DNA from: a virus
Reading direction: 5' to 3' (one strand)
Length of the DNA stretch: 64,000 nucleotides
Virus record (IMG/VR): IMGVR_UViG_3300020156_000022
Location: 32,001 to 96,000 of that record
Positions 43,698 to 53,800 of this stretch are shown here, piece after piece. The notes under the pieces are model-generated. The model was not told the DNA's origin and ran no database searches. It saw only the letters and a list, made by a program, of their open reading frames with translations. Every line of letters begins with the position of its first letter. Position 1 is the first letter of the stretch. The translations under genes and the position numbers were made by a program.

Positions 43698-44594
43698 CTA
43701 GGGATGGATCAGGTTCTCAGCTTCAAGATGTTTGTTAGTGATCAATGCATCTACTCCTACGTCAGCCATCTTCTGCCAGCAAGATGCAACATCAGTTGTT
43801 GGAGAATCTGTAGTCCAAGTAAATATCTTTAATCCACTAGCCTTATACATACCTACGACTGCTTTATCTAATCTGTCATATCGAACAACATAACCTTCAG
43901 CACCAATTTGTTTGATTGTCGTAGGCAAGCGTGTCATTCCTGCGGGAGGATATTCAATAACGAAAGTTGTCACATCTGGATAGAAGTCTTCCATTGCTGT
44001 AACACTAGCTACACTACCCATGTAGACTGTCTTATTCAGGTAATTGAAACGAATAATATAATCATAAAGCTTTTGAGCCTGGGCCTGAGTAGGGATAGCT
44101 TGCATATCTAGCAGCAAGCCAACATTGGCATCACGAGCAGCATCAAAGAACTCGTAGCCATAAGGCAAGTGCAACTTATCTGTGGACGCATCTACCTTAC
44201 CGTGGTATTCTGGATATTGCCAGCTACCATCAGACTTCTTTCTGTTCCAAGGATCGTAATTAGCAGCATTCAAATTTTGTGTTTGGGACAGCCACAAGTT
44301 ACTTACCAGGCCAGTACCGTCAGTAGTTACACCTACATCAGACCCATGCAAAGCTACTGGGAAGTTGGATTTGTTGAAATTAACATCAATCTCTACCCAG
44401 GTCAGATTAGAGTTTTTCTTTTTAGCTGAAACTATACCTTGAACTGAGTTTTCTGGTGCTTCTAGTGGACCTGTTTTATGGGCGATTATTACAGGAGTGT
44501 CAGATGATAGATTTGGTGCCGCAGTAGCCGGGGATGCACCAGCTACTACAACCAATAAGGTACTTACGATTGCTAATACTTTTTTCAATTTCAA
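43698..44594 (-). CDS. glycerophosphodiester phosphodiesterase with signal peptide
   Basis: IIAHK.G...PENS, WVEIDV, LHG, WT.D, GVDALITN; N-terminal signal peptide ending ATA-A. Confidence 0.85.
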   Translation of the reverse strand: MKLKKVLAIVSTLLVVVAGASPATAAPNLSSDTPVIIAHKTGPLEAPENSVQGIVSAKKKNSNLTWVEIDVNFNKSNFPVALHGSDVGVTTDGTGLVSNLWLSQTQNLNAANYDPWNRKKSDGSWQYPEYHGKVDASTDKLHLPYGYEFFDAARDANVGLLLDMQAIPTQAQAQKLYDYIIRFNYLNKTVYMGSVASVTAMEDFYPDVTTFVIEYPPAGMTRLPTTIKQIGAEGYVVRYDRLDKAVVGMYKASGLKIFTWTTDSPTTDVASCWQKMADVGVDALITNKHLEAENLIHP

Positions 44595-44597
44595 TCC

Positions 44598-47500
44598 TTA
44601 CTTAACGTAGACAATAGTCAAGACAGGTTCATTTGACTGCCCATTACCATTAAATTTTCCATATTGAGTTTTTGTTCCATCTGTAGGTCCAAGTGCGATA
44701 CCTTTTGCTGCACCTGATTGGAAATCTTGACCTACTGCAACACCTAGGCTGACTTTTCTCTTTCCAGGCTTTGGCCAATTTGATGAGGTTACTCTTTGCT
44801 CATCTACACGAGAACTGCTCCAAGTAGAAGGTCTTCCTGTATAATTGTGCGTACCAATTCTTGCCGTACCACCATCATTCCAATACCAGTGATTAGCATA
44901 CATAGTAATATAACAAGCTTTAATAGTAGCATCCTTGGTGTCTGCTAAGATTTTTGCATAATCAAAACCACACAAGGCTCTAGCATCATTAAGCCAGTTA
45001 TCCGCACCTGAGTTTCCTTGCACCATCGTTGATCCATGAGAAGATGAATAATCTCCATTGGATCGATAGGTACCAGACCAGGTTGCAGCATAATTCTTGG
45101 TATATTCAATTTTAGGTTTAGGTGCTACTGCGCGAGGAGTATCGATAGTCGGAGCTGGTGTTCCTGCTGGGCTTACACCAGCATCATTAATGATTACCGT
45201 GTCTGTTTTAGGAAGACCTACATCCTCTACCCAAATTAATGTTGTGCTTTCTACTCCTGTGTTACCTTGCGCGTTTACTGTAGGAGTACCAGCACCTCCT
45301 TGAATTGACCACAAAATTCTGTGGAGCCCAGGAGTAAAGGTTCCAGCATAAGTAATGTGAGCAGCAGCATTACCGCCAGCCGCAGCAGCGCCTACGGAAA
45401 TAGACTGCTGAATCCATGGCATATCTAAAGTAGGGGAAATTTCCCCAGCATCACGAAGCCTCATTACAAGACGATCGTTAGCTGCGGTAGATTCCCATTC
45501 TGTTACAGCACAGATCATATATGTACGGGATTCTTCCGCGATAAAACTGATTTCTAAGAATCCTCTTTCATTACCTGCGGCTGCTCCAACAATAGAAGCA
45601 CCAGGATAGTATCCAATCGAGATAACACCCTTACCCATTGGATCAATAATATCAGACTTTAGTGAATCACCGCCAATATTAATATCATTTGTGATAGAAA
45701 TATCTTGGAATGACCCTCGACCGGTACCATCAATTCCCGCAAGAGTAATGGTAGGATCTTCTAGATCTTTAATCAATAGGAAGTTACCATTTACACCGGG
45801 ATTACCTAACAAGCTAACAGTAGGATCTTCGTCTTCAGAATAAATTCTGAATCCTTCAAAGTTCATTTCAGCACGAGCACCGCTTTCGCCGGTCTTAATT
45901 ACCCCACCAAGAATGATAGAGGCGCTAATAGTTCCGGCTGTAATCTTTGAAGCTGTTAGGTCACTGATATGTGCATCGTCAATAAGATTTACTGTAGCAG
46001 TAACAGCATTAGATGGTGCAGATCTGTTTCCAGCAGTATCTATTGCGATTACTCGAACATAAATGTTTTCAGTAGAGTCTACATTGAATGTCTGAATAAC
46101 CGGAGTACCTGAACGAAGCATTCCTGCGTCTGCTAAAATTTTTCCTACTCTGGTAGTTTCGTTGGGATAGAAATTAGCATCACCTACGTGCACCTCTAAA
46201 TATGCCATATCTGGAGGCAAATTGAAGGTTCCTCCTTCTGCCTTGCCTAAGAAATGCTGAACCTGAATGGCTACCATGCTAGAAGCAATTACAGGTGGCG
46301 CAGGCTTAGGCGGAGCAATAGTATCAGTTTGCGCAGTAAAGCTGAAACTGTCTGACCACTCAGAGAAATGCTGAGGTGTAGATGAGTCTACCGCACGAAT
46401 TTGTAAATCATAAGTTACTCCTGGGGTAAGCTCCTGAATTACAGTGTTTAATTGCCCCCAAGCTACATAAACTGTTTGCCACCCGGCATTAGTAATTGGT
46501 GGTAATACAGGCTGAGCCCAAGTAAGTAGATCTGACCATGCAGCCTCTCCTTCAACAGTTTCCCAAGATGACTGCAAATCAGCAGTAACAGAAGGCTTGT
46601 ACCTTAATTCATAATGATGACCATCAGTGATGTATGAACCATCTGTATTGTAAGGCAATTCCCAAGAAATATCTGCTTGAGCGCGAACAGAAACTCCATC
46701 GGAAGGGTAATATACATTACTGTACACACTAGTAAGATTAGGAGTTTCAGGAATGGTTTTATCTCCCGGAGCCTGAGGAATCCAGTATCCGCGAGAAAAA
46801 GTTAGAACATCGCCTTCTACAGCACTACTTACTACAACATCTCTTAATCCTGCTAGAGTTACTTGCTCAATTAAAGTAATAGCACTGATAGCAGAACCTA
46901 GGGTAGTTCCTCCTGAAGCACTCGAAGCTGATAAATTAGCTACTTGCTGCTTTAATCTTTCAATCAGCAATTCACGTCGAGATTGTAAGGTTAATTCAAC
47001 AGTTTGGGTGGCATCAGATGCTACATTGACAGCAATACCTACTACGCGCCATTGGCCAATAGAAACATTATGATTTGAATCGATATTCTCAATAGAGATC
47101 CAATCACCTACATCGTAATCTTTAAATACTCTACGACCTTCCTGATTGGCTGCAACAGATACTCTCCAAGATACCTTCTCGTCCTTTAAATCTTCTAAAG
47201 ATGAGTTAAGAACTTGGGTAAGGTCATCTAAGTCTGTGGCGTTTCCAGCAGAAATGAAAGCCTCTCTCTTCTGGTATTTAGCCATAGACTCTTTGTCTTC
47301 AGTATACACATATGAGCCAGATTGGTTTTTACCAACAATAGCATTAGCAATAGTGTCTCGACTTCTGTTTCTTTCCTTACTAATCTGTGAACCGGTTTCA
47401 TGGAAAACTACATCTTGCTTACTGAAAAATGCCGGAGGAATAGCTTCATCTGTTTTAGATCTTTGATACACATTTAAATTAAAGTCTGTATCCATAATCC

Positions 47501-49151
47501 AATCAGCTTGCTGTACTTGAGCAAGAGATGCTAATACCGCATCTAATCTTGTTCCTTCAGCTACATCTACTCCTAGCTTGCCTGTCCAAGGAAGCCCTCG
47601 GGAATCTTCGGCATCTGTAAAAGTAGTTTTTACATAAGGAATAACACCTCGTGCCTGAGACTCTGAAAGATATTTCTTGAACAACTGCATGGCTGTTTCA
47701 GTTGAAGGAATAGTAGACTTATTCAGATTATAAAAATAAGCTGGTAATGGTGCCGCAATTCCTACGTTTCCAATAAGCTCTAGTCCTAATTGCAATACAA
47801 CATGAGTTGATGGCCATACATAAGCAGTTCTGAATCGTTCAGTCCATACAGTATTATCCGCAGATGTATCAAAAACTACCTCTCCAGAGTCTTCTCTGAT
47901 TCTCCAATATTTCTGAGAAGTAACATCATATGCCCATTCTTCATTGGCAACTGAGCTACCGTTAGAAACTTCAGCCACAATACGTAAATTGCCATTAATG
48001 CGTTGTGTGTACATTCTAGCATAATTACTAGAGCTATTAGTAAATTGCCCCGGGTCATGAATTAGCTTTACAATAGTAGAAACTTGCCCGGTACCAGAAG
48101 CTAATGACGGACCAGGCTCTACAGCAACAGATAATCCAGAACTTTCAAAATCATAAGTTCTGGAAGTTATGTATTTGGTGGGCTGACCAGAAGATACTAC
48201 TAATTTAGCATGTCCAGCAGTTTCATCTGAAGTAACAGCTCCGAAGAAAGTCATACGTTGAGTAGCTTGAGTTAGATTTTTTTGATTTACATCTAAGGCA
48301 GTATTGACTTTATCCAACTCGGCCTTTGCTTCATTAAGCTGCTTTAGAGCTTCTTTCTTTTCTGCTGCGGTGGCTGCTGGATTCTTTTGCTTCATTACTT
48401 GATCATAACTCTGTTTTTCAGAGTTATAACTATTAGTTGCAGATGTTTTCTGCTCAGTTAATCCTGTACGTTCCTGCTGATACTTATCTCTATCTGCCTC
48501 AGCTTCACGCCTTCCGCCTTCCGCTTGCACAGTAATATTAGGATCAAGTGAGGTTCTAGTCCATACAAGTTGGTCTAATTCTGATCCAAATGCGTCAACA
48601 GCAGTTTCTAACTTAGTGACAATTCTGTCAGGAAACCCTGATGGGAATACAGTAGCCCATTCAAGTACCTTACCGATACCGGCACCTGAGATGGTCGCAG
48701 ACAATGTTTCTGTGTCGTTGATTTGAGAATCTGTGCTAGCGGTACCTAGGAATTGAAATACTACATCGCCATCAAAACGAATTTCCCACAAGTTTTCATA
48801 GTCAAACAAAGTCTCAATAGGTGAGCCATCATTTAATGACTGCTGAAATAGAGGATGATTTAAGTTTAGACCGAAAGATGCCATACCGTAAGCATTTAAT
48901 TCCTTGGTAAAGGTAAGACTGGTCATATCTGTAGTTCGTAGCAACTCAGTCTGGAAGTCACTATGGGATCTACAAATAAGCTCCCATCCAACACTTCCGT
49001 AAGCTACTTCTGAATCTACAGAACGAGCACTAAGGGTAAATGGTAATCTCTTAGGTAATACTCCTGTAAACCCACGGGCCCCCGTCTCGGCAGGACGAAC
49101 TAGTCCTCCGAGCTTGAAAGGAATTCTATGCGGTAGTGATGCTAGACTCAC
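44598..49151 (-). CDS. large minor tail protein (hub/central fibre with FN3-like domains)
   Basis: Position after Dit; LTPGVTYDLQIRAVD FN3 pattern; ITAGTI repeats. Confidence 0.8.
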   Translation of the reverse strand: MSLASLPHRIPFKLGGLVRPAETGARGFTGVLPKRLPFTLSARSVDSEVAYGSVGWELICRSHSDFQTELLRTTDMTSLTFTKELNAYGMASFGLNLNHPLFQQSLNDGSPIETLFDYENLWEIRFDGDVVFQFLGTASTDSQINDTETLSATISGAGIGKVLEWATVFPSGFPDRIVTKLETAVDAFGSELDQLVWTRTSLDPNITVQAEGGRREAEADRDKYQQERTGLTEQKTSATNSYNSEKQSYDQVMKQKNPAATAAEKKEALKQLNEAKAELDKVNTALDVNQKNLTQATQRMTFFGAVTSDETAGHAKLVVSSGQPTKYITSRTYDFESSGLSVAVEPGPSLASGTGQVSTIVKLIHDPGQFTNSSSNYARMYTQRINGNLRIVAEVSNGSSVANEEWAYDVTSQKYWRIREDSGEVVFDTSADNTVWTERFRTAYVWPSTHVVLQLGLELIGNVGIAAPLPAYFYNLNKSTIPSTETAMQLFKKYLSESQARGVIPYVKTTFTDAEDSRGLPWTGKLGVDVAEGTRLDAVLASLAQVQQADWIMDTDFNLNVYQRSKTDEAIPPAFFSKQDVVFHETGSQISKERNRSRDTIANAIVGKNQSGSYVYTEDKESMAKYQKREAFISAGNATDLDDLTQVLNSSLEDLKDEKVSWRVSVAANQEGRRVFKDYDVGDWISIENIDSNHNVSIGQWRVVGIAVNVASDATQTVELTLQSRRELLIERLKQQVANLSASSASGGTTLGSAISAITLIEQVTLAGLRDVVVSSAVEGDVLTFSRGYWIPQAPGDKTIPETPNLTSVYSNVYYPSDGVSVRAQADISWELPYNTDGSYITDGHHYELRYKPSVTADLQSSWETVEGEAAWSDLLTWAQPVLPPITNAGWQTVYVAWGQLNTVIQELTPGVTYDLQIRAVDSSTPQHFSEWSDSFSFTAQTDTIAPPKPAPPVIASSMVAIQVQHFLGKAEGGTFNLPPDMAYLEVHVGDANFYPNETTRVGKILADAGMLRSGTPVIQTFNVDSTENIYVRVIAIDTAGNRSAPSNAVTATVNLIDDAHISDLTASKITAGTISASIILGGVIKTGESGARAEMNFEGFRIYSEDEDPTVSLLGNPGVNGNFLLIKDLEDPTITLAGIDGTGRGSFQDISITNDINIGGDSLKSDIIDPMGKGVISIGYYPGASIVGAAAGNERGFLEISFIAEESRTYMICAVTEWESTAANDRLVMRLRDAGEISPTLDMPWIQQSISVGAAAAGGNAAAHITYAGTFTPGLHRILWSIQGGAGTPTVNAQGNTGVESTTLIWVEDVGLPKTDTVIINDAGVSPAGTPAPTIDTPRAVAPKPKIEYTKNYAATWSGTYRSNGDYSSSHGSTMVQGNSGADNWLNDARALCGFDYAKILADTKDATIKACYITMYANHWYWNDGGTARIGTHNYTGRPSTWSSSRVDEQRVTSSNWPKPGKRKVSLGVAVGQDFQSGAAKGIALGPTDGTKTQYGKFNGNGQSNEPVLTIVYVK

Positions 49152-49168
49152 GGCCTTACACTCCTAAA

Positions 49169-49993
49169 TTATCCGTTAATTAGTTTCTTTACTGTCATAT
49201 AAGATGCTCCACGCATTACTGTCTGATCTGCATGAGATGTACTCTGTGCGTGCTGCAACACTACTTCACCAGCATTGGAACCTATAGGCAAAATAAATCT
49301 TTCCTGGATGGCTGTCCAATACATCGCGCTGGCCAGACCGTAGGCTACTTCAGTAGTCATCTGGCTTGCGTTAGTTCGCATTAAAGTATTACCGTTATCT
49401 GTTGAGTTTACGGCGGGTCCAGTACATGCTCGTAATCCCACTGTTCCAGAAGGGACTTTCCAAGCAAGTTTGATATTACCATTCTGCCCGGAGCAAATAG
49501 CAAATAACTCTACGCGATACTTGGTATTTGCAGAAGCACTAAACCTTAGAACAGTATCGTCATTCAATGTGGTGTCGTTGGAATAGCCCTGGTCGGTGTT
49601 CTTATAGATAGTGAACTCTGGCTCAAAAGCAGAATCAGGCAGCCCGTGCACACCTGGAGAAACATTAGCTATGTGGTCTTGAGCCTCTTGAAAATCTCTT
49701 GCGGAAACTCCATGAACTACAGGTGCTCCCTGAGCGTGAGATTTAGCTGTGGTTCCGTCTTGTCCACGAGTAATGAGGAATGTCCCCGGTGATCCGCCCT
49801 TAGGACCAGTTACAGTAACCAGCTCTTCATTAGAAGTATCTGGATCTAATCTTAAAGTATAGGGGTATTGTGATGGAAATCCTGTACTGGTGCTTAGAGC
49901 TACTTCTGTAGCTCCGGTAGAAATTCCACCTACTGTTGCAATAGTGGACAGTGCTGCTGTATTACTGTAATAGCGCATTATATGTTCTCCCAA
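49169..49993 (-). CDS. minor tail protein
   Basis: ITRGQDGTTAKSH..GAPVVHG motif; synteny. Confidence 0.75.
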   Translation of the reverse strand: MGEHIMRYYSNTAALSTIATVGGISTGATEVALSTSTGFPSQYPYTLRLDPDTSNEELVTVTGPKGGSPGTFLITRGQDGTTAKSHAQGAPVVHGVSARDFQEAQDHIANVSPGVHGLPDSAFEPEFTIYKNTDQGYSNDTTLNDDTVLRFSASANTKYRVELFAICSGQNGNIKLAWKVPSGTVGLRACTGPAVNSTDNGNTLMRTNASQMTTEVAYGLASAMYWTAIQERFILPIGSNAGEVVLQHAQSTSHADQTVMRGASYMTVKKLING

Positions 49994-49998
49994 AATCC

Positions 49999-50844
49999 TT
50001 ATAGATACGCTGGCTTAAATTTCAACACAGCATTTCCTGTGTTGTTACCTGTAGATGTTAATTTAATAGAATTGTTTCCTGGCAACAGCTTCATCCAAGC
50101 TCTAAACCCTGAATGAGTAACAGAGCCAGTTAAGTTACTGTTGTCAAATGAGTTTATCACAGAAAACTGTCCAACATCAACATTTACAGGATTTCCAATA
50201 ATGGCAGTATTGACTCTCATCCATGTATTGGGTGTTGCTGTCAAGTTAGTTATCAACGGGGATACAAGCTCTCCGTTGAGTTGGATTTTAATTGATGTCC
50301 AGATCGGAATATCGCCTGGGTTACTAACTACTGTGGTTCCGCCTGGAGATAAATTGTACGTTAATTCTGGACCGTAAAAATAGGGGTCTGAGAGTAGGAG
50401 GTCCACAGCGAAATCAGCTCGGGTTCGTCCTGTCATCGTAGGGTCCATAGTCCCCGCTAATTCACACAGAGCGGTTGCTTCACGAAGTACTGGCGAAGCA
50501 GCATTCTCCCACCAGCGACGAGTCAATACCAATTGTTCCTCAGGTGACCAAAGCAATTGCTGTAAAGTTCGCCAGTTATCGTTGAACTGTACGTCTTGTG
50601 TGCCTCCAGCCCTTGGCTGATCTGTACTTGGGTTAACTCCTGCGACCCACATTGCCAGAGTAATTACTCTGGAATCAGCATTCTTTGTTCTGAACGATCT
50701 ACCGTCTCGGAAAGGGAAGAGAGTGTTATCTCCACGAAGTTTAGGTACAGCTAATCGTGAACCACCTATAGTTTTGATCGCCCAGCAATACTGATTCAGC
50801 GAGACGCCGTTTATGCTCCAATATTCTTCTGATGAGTTAGACAT
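49999..50844 (-). CDS. distal tail protein (Dit)
   Basis: Follows the TMP; DPYFYG..NPGD..LLPGNNSI. Confidence 0.8.
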   Translation of the reverse strand: MSNSSEEYWSINGVSLNQYCWAIKTIGGSRLAVPKLRGDNTLFPFRDGRSFRTKNADSRVITLAMWVAGVNPSTDQPRAGGTQDVQFNDNWRTLQQLLWSPEEQLVLTRRWWENAASPVLREATALCELAGTMDPTMTGRTRADFAVDLLLSDPYFYGPELTYNLSPGGTTVVSNPGDIPIWTSIKIQLNGELVSPLITNLTATPNTWMRVNTAIIGNPVNVDVGQFSVINSFDNSNLTGSVTHSGFRAWMKLLPGNNSIKLTSTGNNTGNAVLKFKPAYL

Positions 50845-50862
50845 TCTCTTCCCCTCCCTTCT

Positions 50863-53800
50863 TTAGTATAACAATTGAGTTCTGTAAAGTGCATCACGGA
50901 TTGAATCTCCTGCACGCTCTGGCATAGGGTTATTAATAATAACGTCACCAAAGGTTCTTGTGTTATCTGTTGAGTTATTAACTACTGAGCTAGCAGCCGG
51001 TGATAGGGTTCTTGGAGTAGTAGGCAATGAAGTTTGTTGTTTAGGCATAATATTTTGCATATTCAGCATTTCCATCAAATCAACTAAACCTCCCTGGTTA
51101 AATGCCCAGTGATCGTGCGGATTTCCACCTGCGAAATTGTGCTGATTCCAAACTGCTCCAGTATACCTATGTGGCTTACCATTCCAAATATTCAAATCGT
51201 TATAAGGAGTAATAAGTTCCTTAGTCCTTGCACCAAAGTTAGATCTAATCCACTGAGCTACATCCCTACGAGGAGGAAGGTCAACCGCTCTACCTAATGC
51301 GTGGTAAGACCTGTTTCCTGATAGTGTTCTAGCTCCAGGCCTTGGTCCAGAGATTAATGGCAATCCGGGGAATCTTTGGCGAAGTACCTGCATTTGCCAT
51401 TTGTAGCCTCCAGGACCACCAGCACCGCCTAAGCCAACTTCAGCCCAAGCCTTTTTAATCATGGTGTCAGAAACATCGACTGGGAACGGCCAACCTACTC
51501 CACCACCTTTAGCAAACTTATGGCCACCGCTTGCACAGATAGGACATTCTTTGCTGTGTACAGTGCCTCCTGAAGCAAACTTATCATTAGACACATCTGG
51601 CAAAGCTTCTGCAACTACAGTTCTGTCAAGTTTCTTTTGGCGCAAAGCCTCCATTACCGGAAGCCCATAGTATTCTACGGCATCTGTCGGATGAACAAAT
51701 TCGCCGTTAGACAACCAGGCTCTAATGGAATCAGAAGTTCTAGTTCCAGCACCCCACACAGGGCCACCACTTCTGAATCCAGGAGCACCATAACCATCTC
51801 CCCAACCTTTCATGGAAGCACGAGCTTTAGATTCTTCTACTTCTCGTTCAGCTTCCTTCAGACTCTTACCACTTTGCAGAGAAGCCTGAAGGGCTTTCAG
51901 GTCTTGCATTTCTTGGTATACTTTTACGTAACCTTTTGTAGATAGCTCAGTTTGTACATCTTCAGGAACTTCACCATACATTTTGATAAGGTCGCGAGTT
52001 TCCTTCTTGGTACCTAGTGCCTTATCTGCTTCTTTTTGAAGTTCCTTAATGCGGTCTCTGTGACGCTGAGTAGCTTCCTTCATAGGTACGCCAGAGGCAA
52101 TATCCTCAAGATACAAATCTCGGGCAGCTTTTGCGGCAGCCTGCAATGCATCCCTGTTTCTTAGACCTTCACGACTATGAACGCTTAAACTCTTACCGTT
52201 GGCTTCTACTGACTCCTTCAGAGTAAGAATTTGGCTATTCCAGTTTTCAGTAGCTTCATTGGCTGTCATCATTTCGCCATATTCGGCCTTAATGATGTCA
52301 GACAAAGCACTGCTTCTATCCCTAGCAGTAGAAGTCGCGCTGGACATGGTATCCAAAGCAGAAGACAAGGTTTGAATTCTAGCTTCTAAATCACCTGCGG
52401 CAACTACACTATCAACCTGGGCTTGAGTCATTCCTGCTAGACGATCCTGATAGGTTCGTGCGGAATCAGCACTAGTCTTAGTTAACTCATTGTTTCTGCT
52501 CTGAGCTTCAGCCACCTGGTTAATTGAATCTTTGAATTCAATCGCTTCGTCTTTTAATTGCTTATAAGGAATTGCAGCAGTAGGTCCACCAGCTTCTAAT
52601 GCTGCGATACGCAAACGCTCATAAGTAGCAATCTGTGCATCAAGCTGAGTATTAACTCTAGTTAGATTTTGGTCGTTGTCATTTAGAGCGCCAGATACGT
52701 CTGTCAAACTAACGCCAAACCTCTCAGCCCTTTCTGCAAGTTCCTTGAACTTCTTATCAGTTTCAGCTAACTGGTTTACTTGATCTGTATTTCCCTGAGA
52801 AAGATCAGAATAAGCAGATTTCAAAGCTTGGAATGCGTTTTTAGTATCTTCAGCTTCTCGCCTTTGCCCCATTAAACTGTCAACTAGGAATGTCACTCCT
52901 ACTGCGGCAGCACTTAACGCAATTCCCCAAGGCCCACCTAGGAAACCTACGAGTCCTCCTAATGCGCCTTGTACTCGTGATCCAGCAGTGCTAAGCCCTC
53001 CTACAGTTCTACTAAATACAGATACTTTGCCATTAGCATTTTCTGCTGCGCGACCAGTATTTTCAATACTTCGAGCAGTATTACCTCCACCGACAATCTC
53101 AGAGCCAATACCTGCAATAGGTGAAGGAGTATTCCTAGCTATTGGTGCGGATTGCCCAGAAGATTGTAACCCAGCAGCATTTCTAGCAGCATCAGCAAAA
53201 GCTCCAGATAGGTTTCCTCTGTTTCGTACCATCCAAGTAAAGAAGTCCCATAACTTGAACAGCCCTGTAAACCTTGCCACAATAGATACAGCAGCCAAAG
53301 CAGCAAGACCGGCTGCCAATCCGCCTAAGACATTACTTACTCCTGGAAGAGACGCAATGTTGAACAGTAGCTCGGCAAAATTAGCCAAAACAGTAACGAA
53401 TACTGTTAATGCGGATGCAGCACCACTTTCTAAGAAAGTAGAAATAGCTTCAAGCATGTCGCCCAAAGCTTCAGCTACAGTAACCGCAATACCTGAGTCA
53501 TTAAGGTGCTGCAAGATTTCTAGAATAGGCGGCAGAACACGAGTCCTTAATGTGTCTAGCAGGTCAATCATAGTCTGAATATTGCTTTGATTAGACGCTA
53601 AGTTTCCAATTCCTCGGGCAAGATCTCTAATCAAATCTCCTAGCGCTGACAATACAGGTCTAATATTGGTCATCCATTCACGCAGAGGAGAATTAGCTTG
53701 CTCTTGAGCATCAGCAACATCAGCCCAGTGGCCTGTAATATCTTCTAGGGTACGTAAATATGATTGACCTTCGTCTACTGTAGCGTTAAAGAATGAACTT

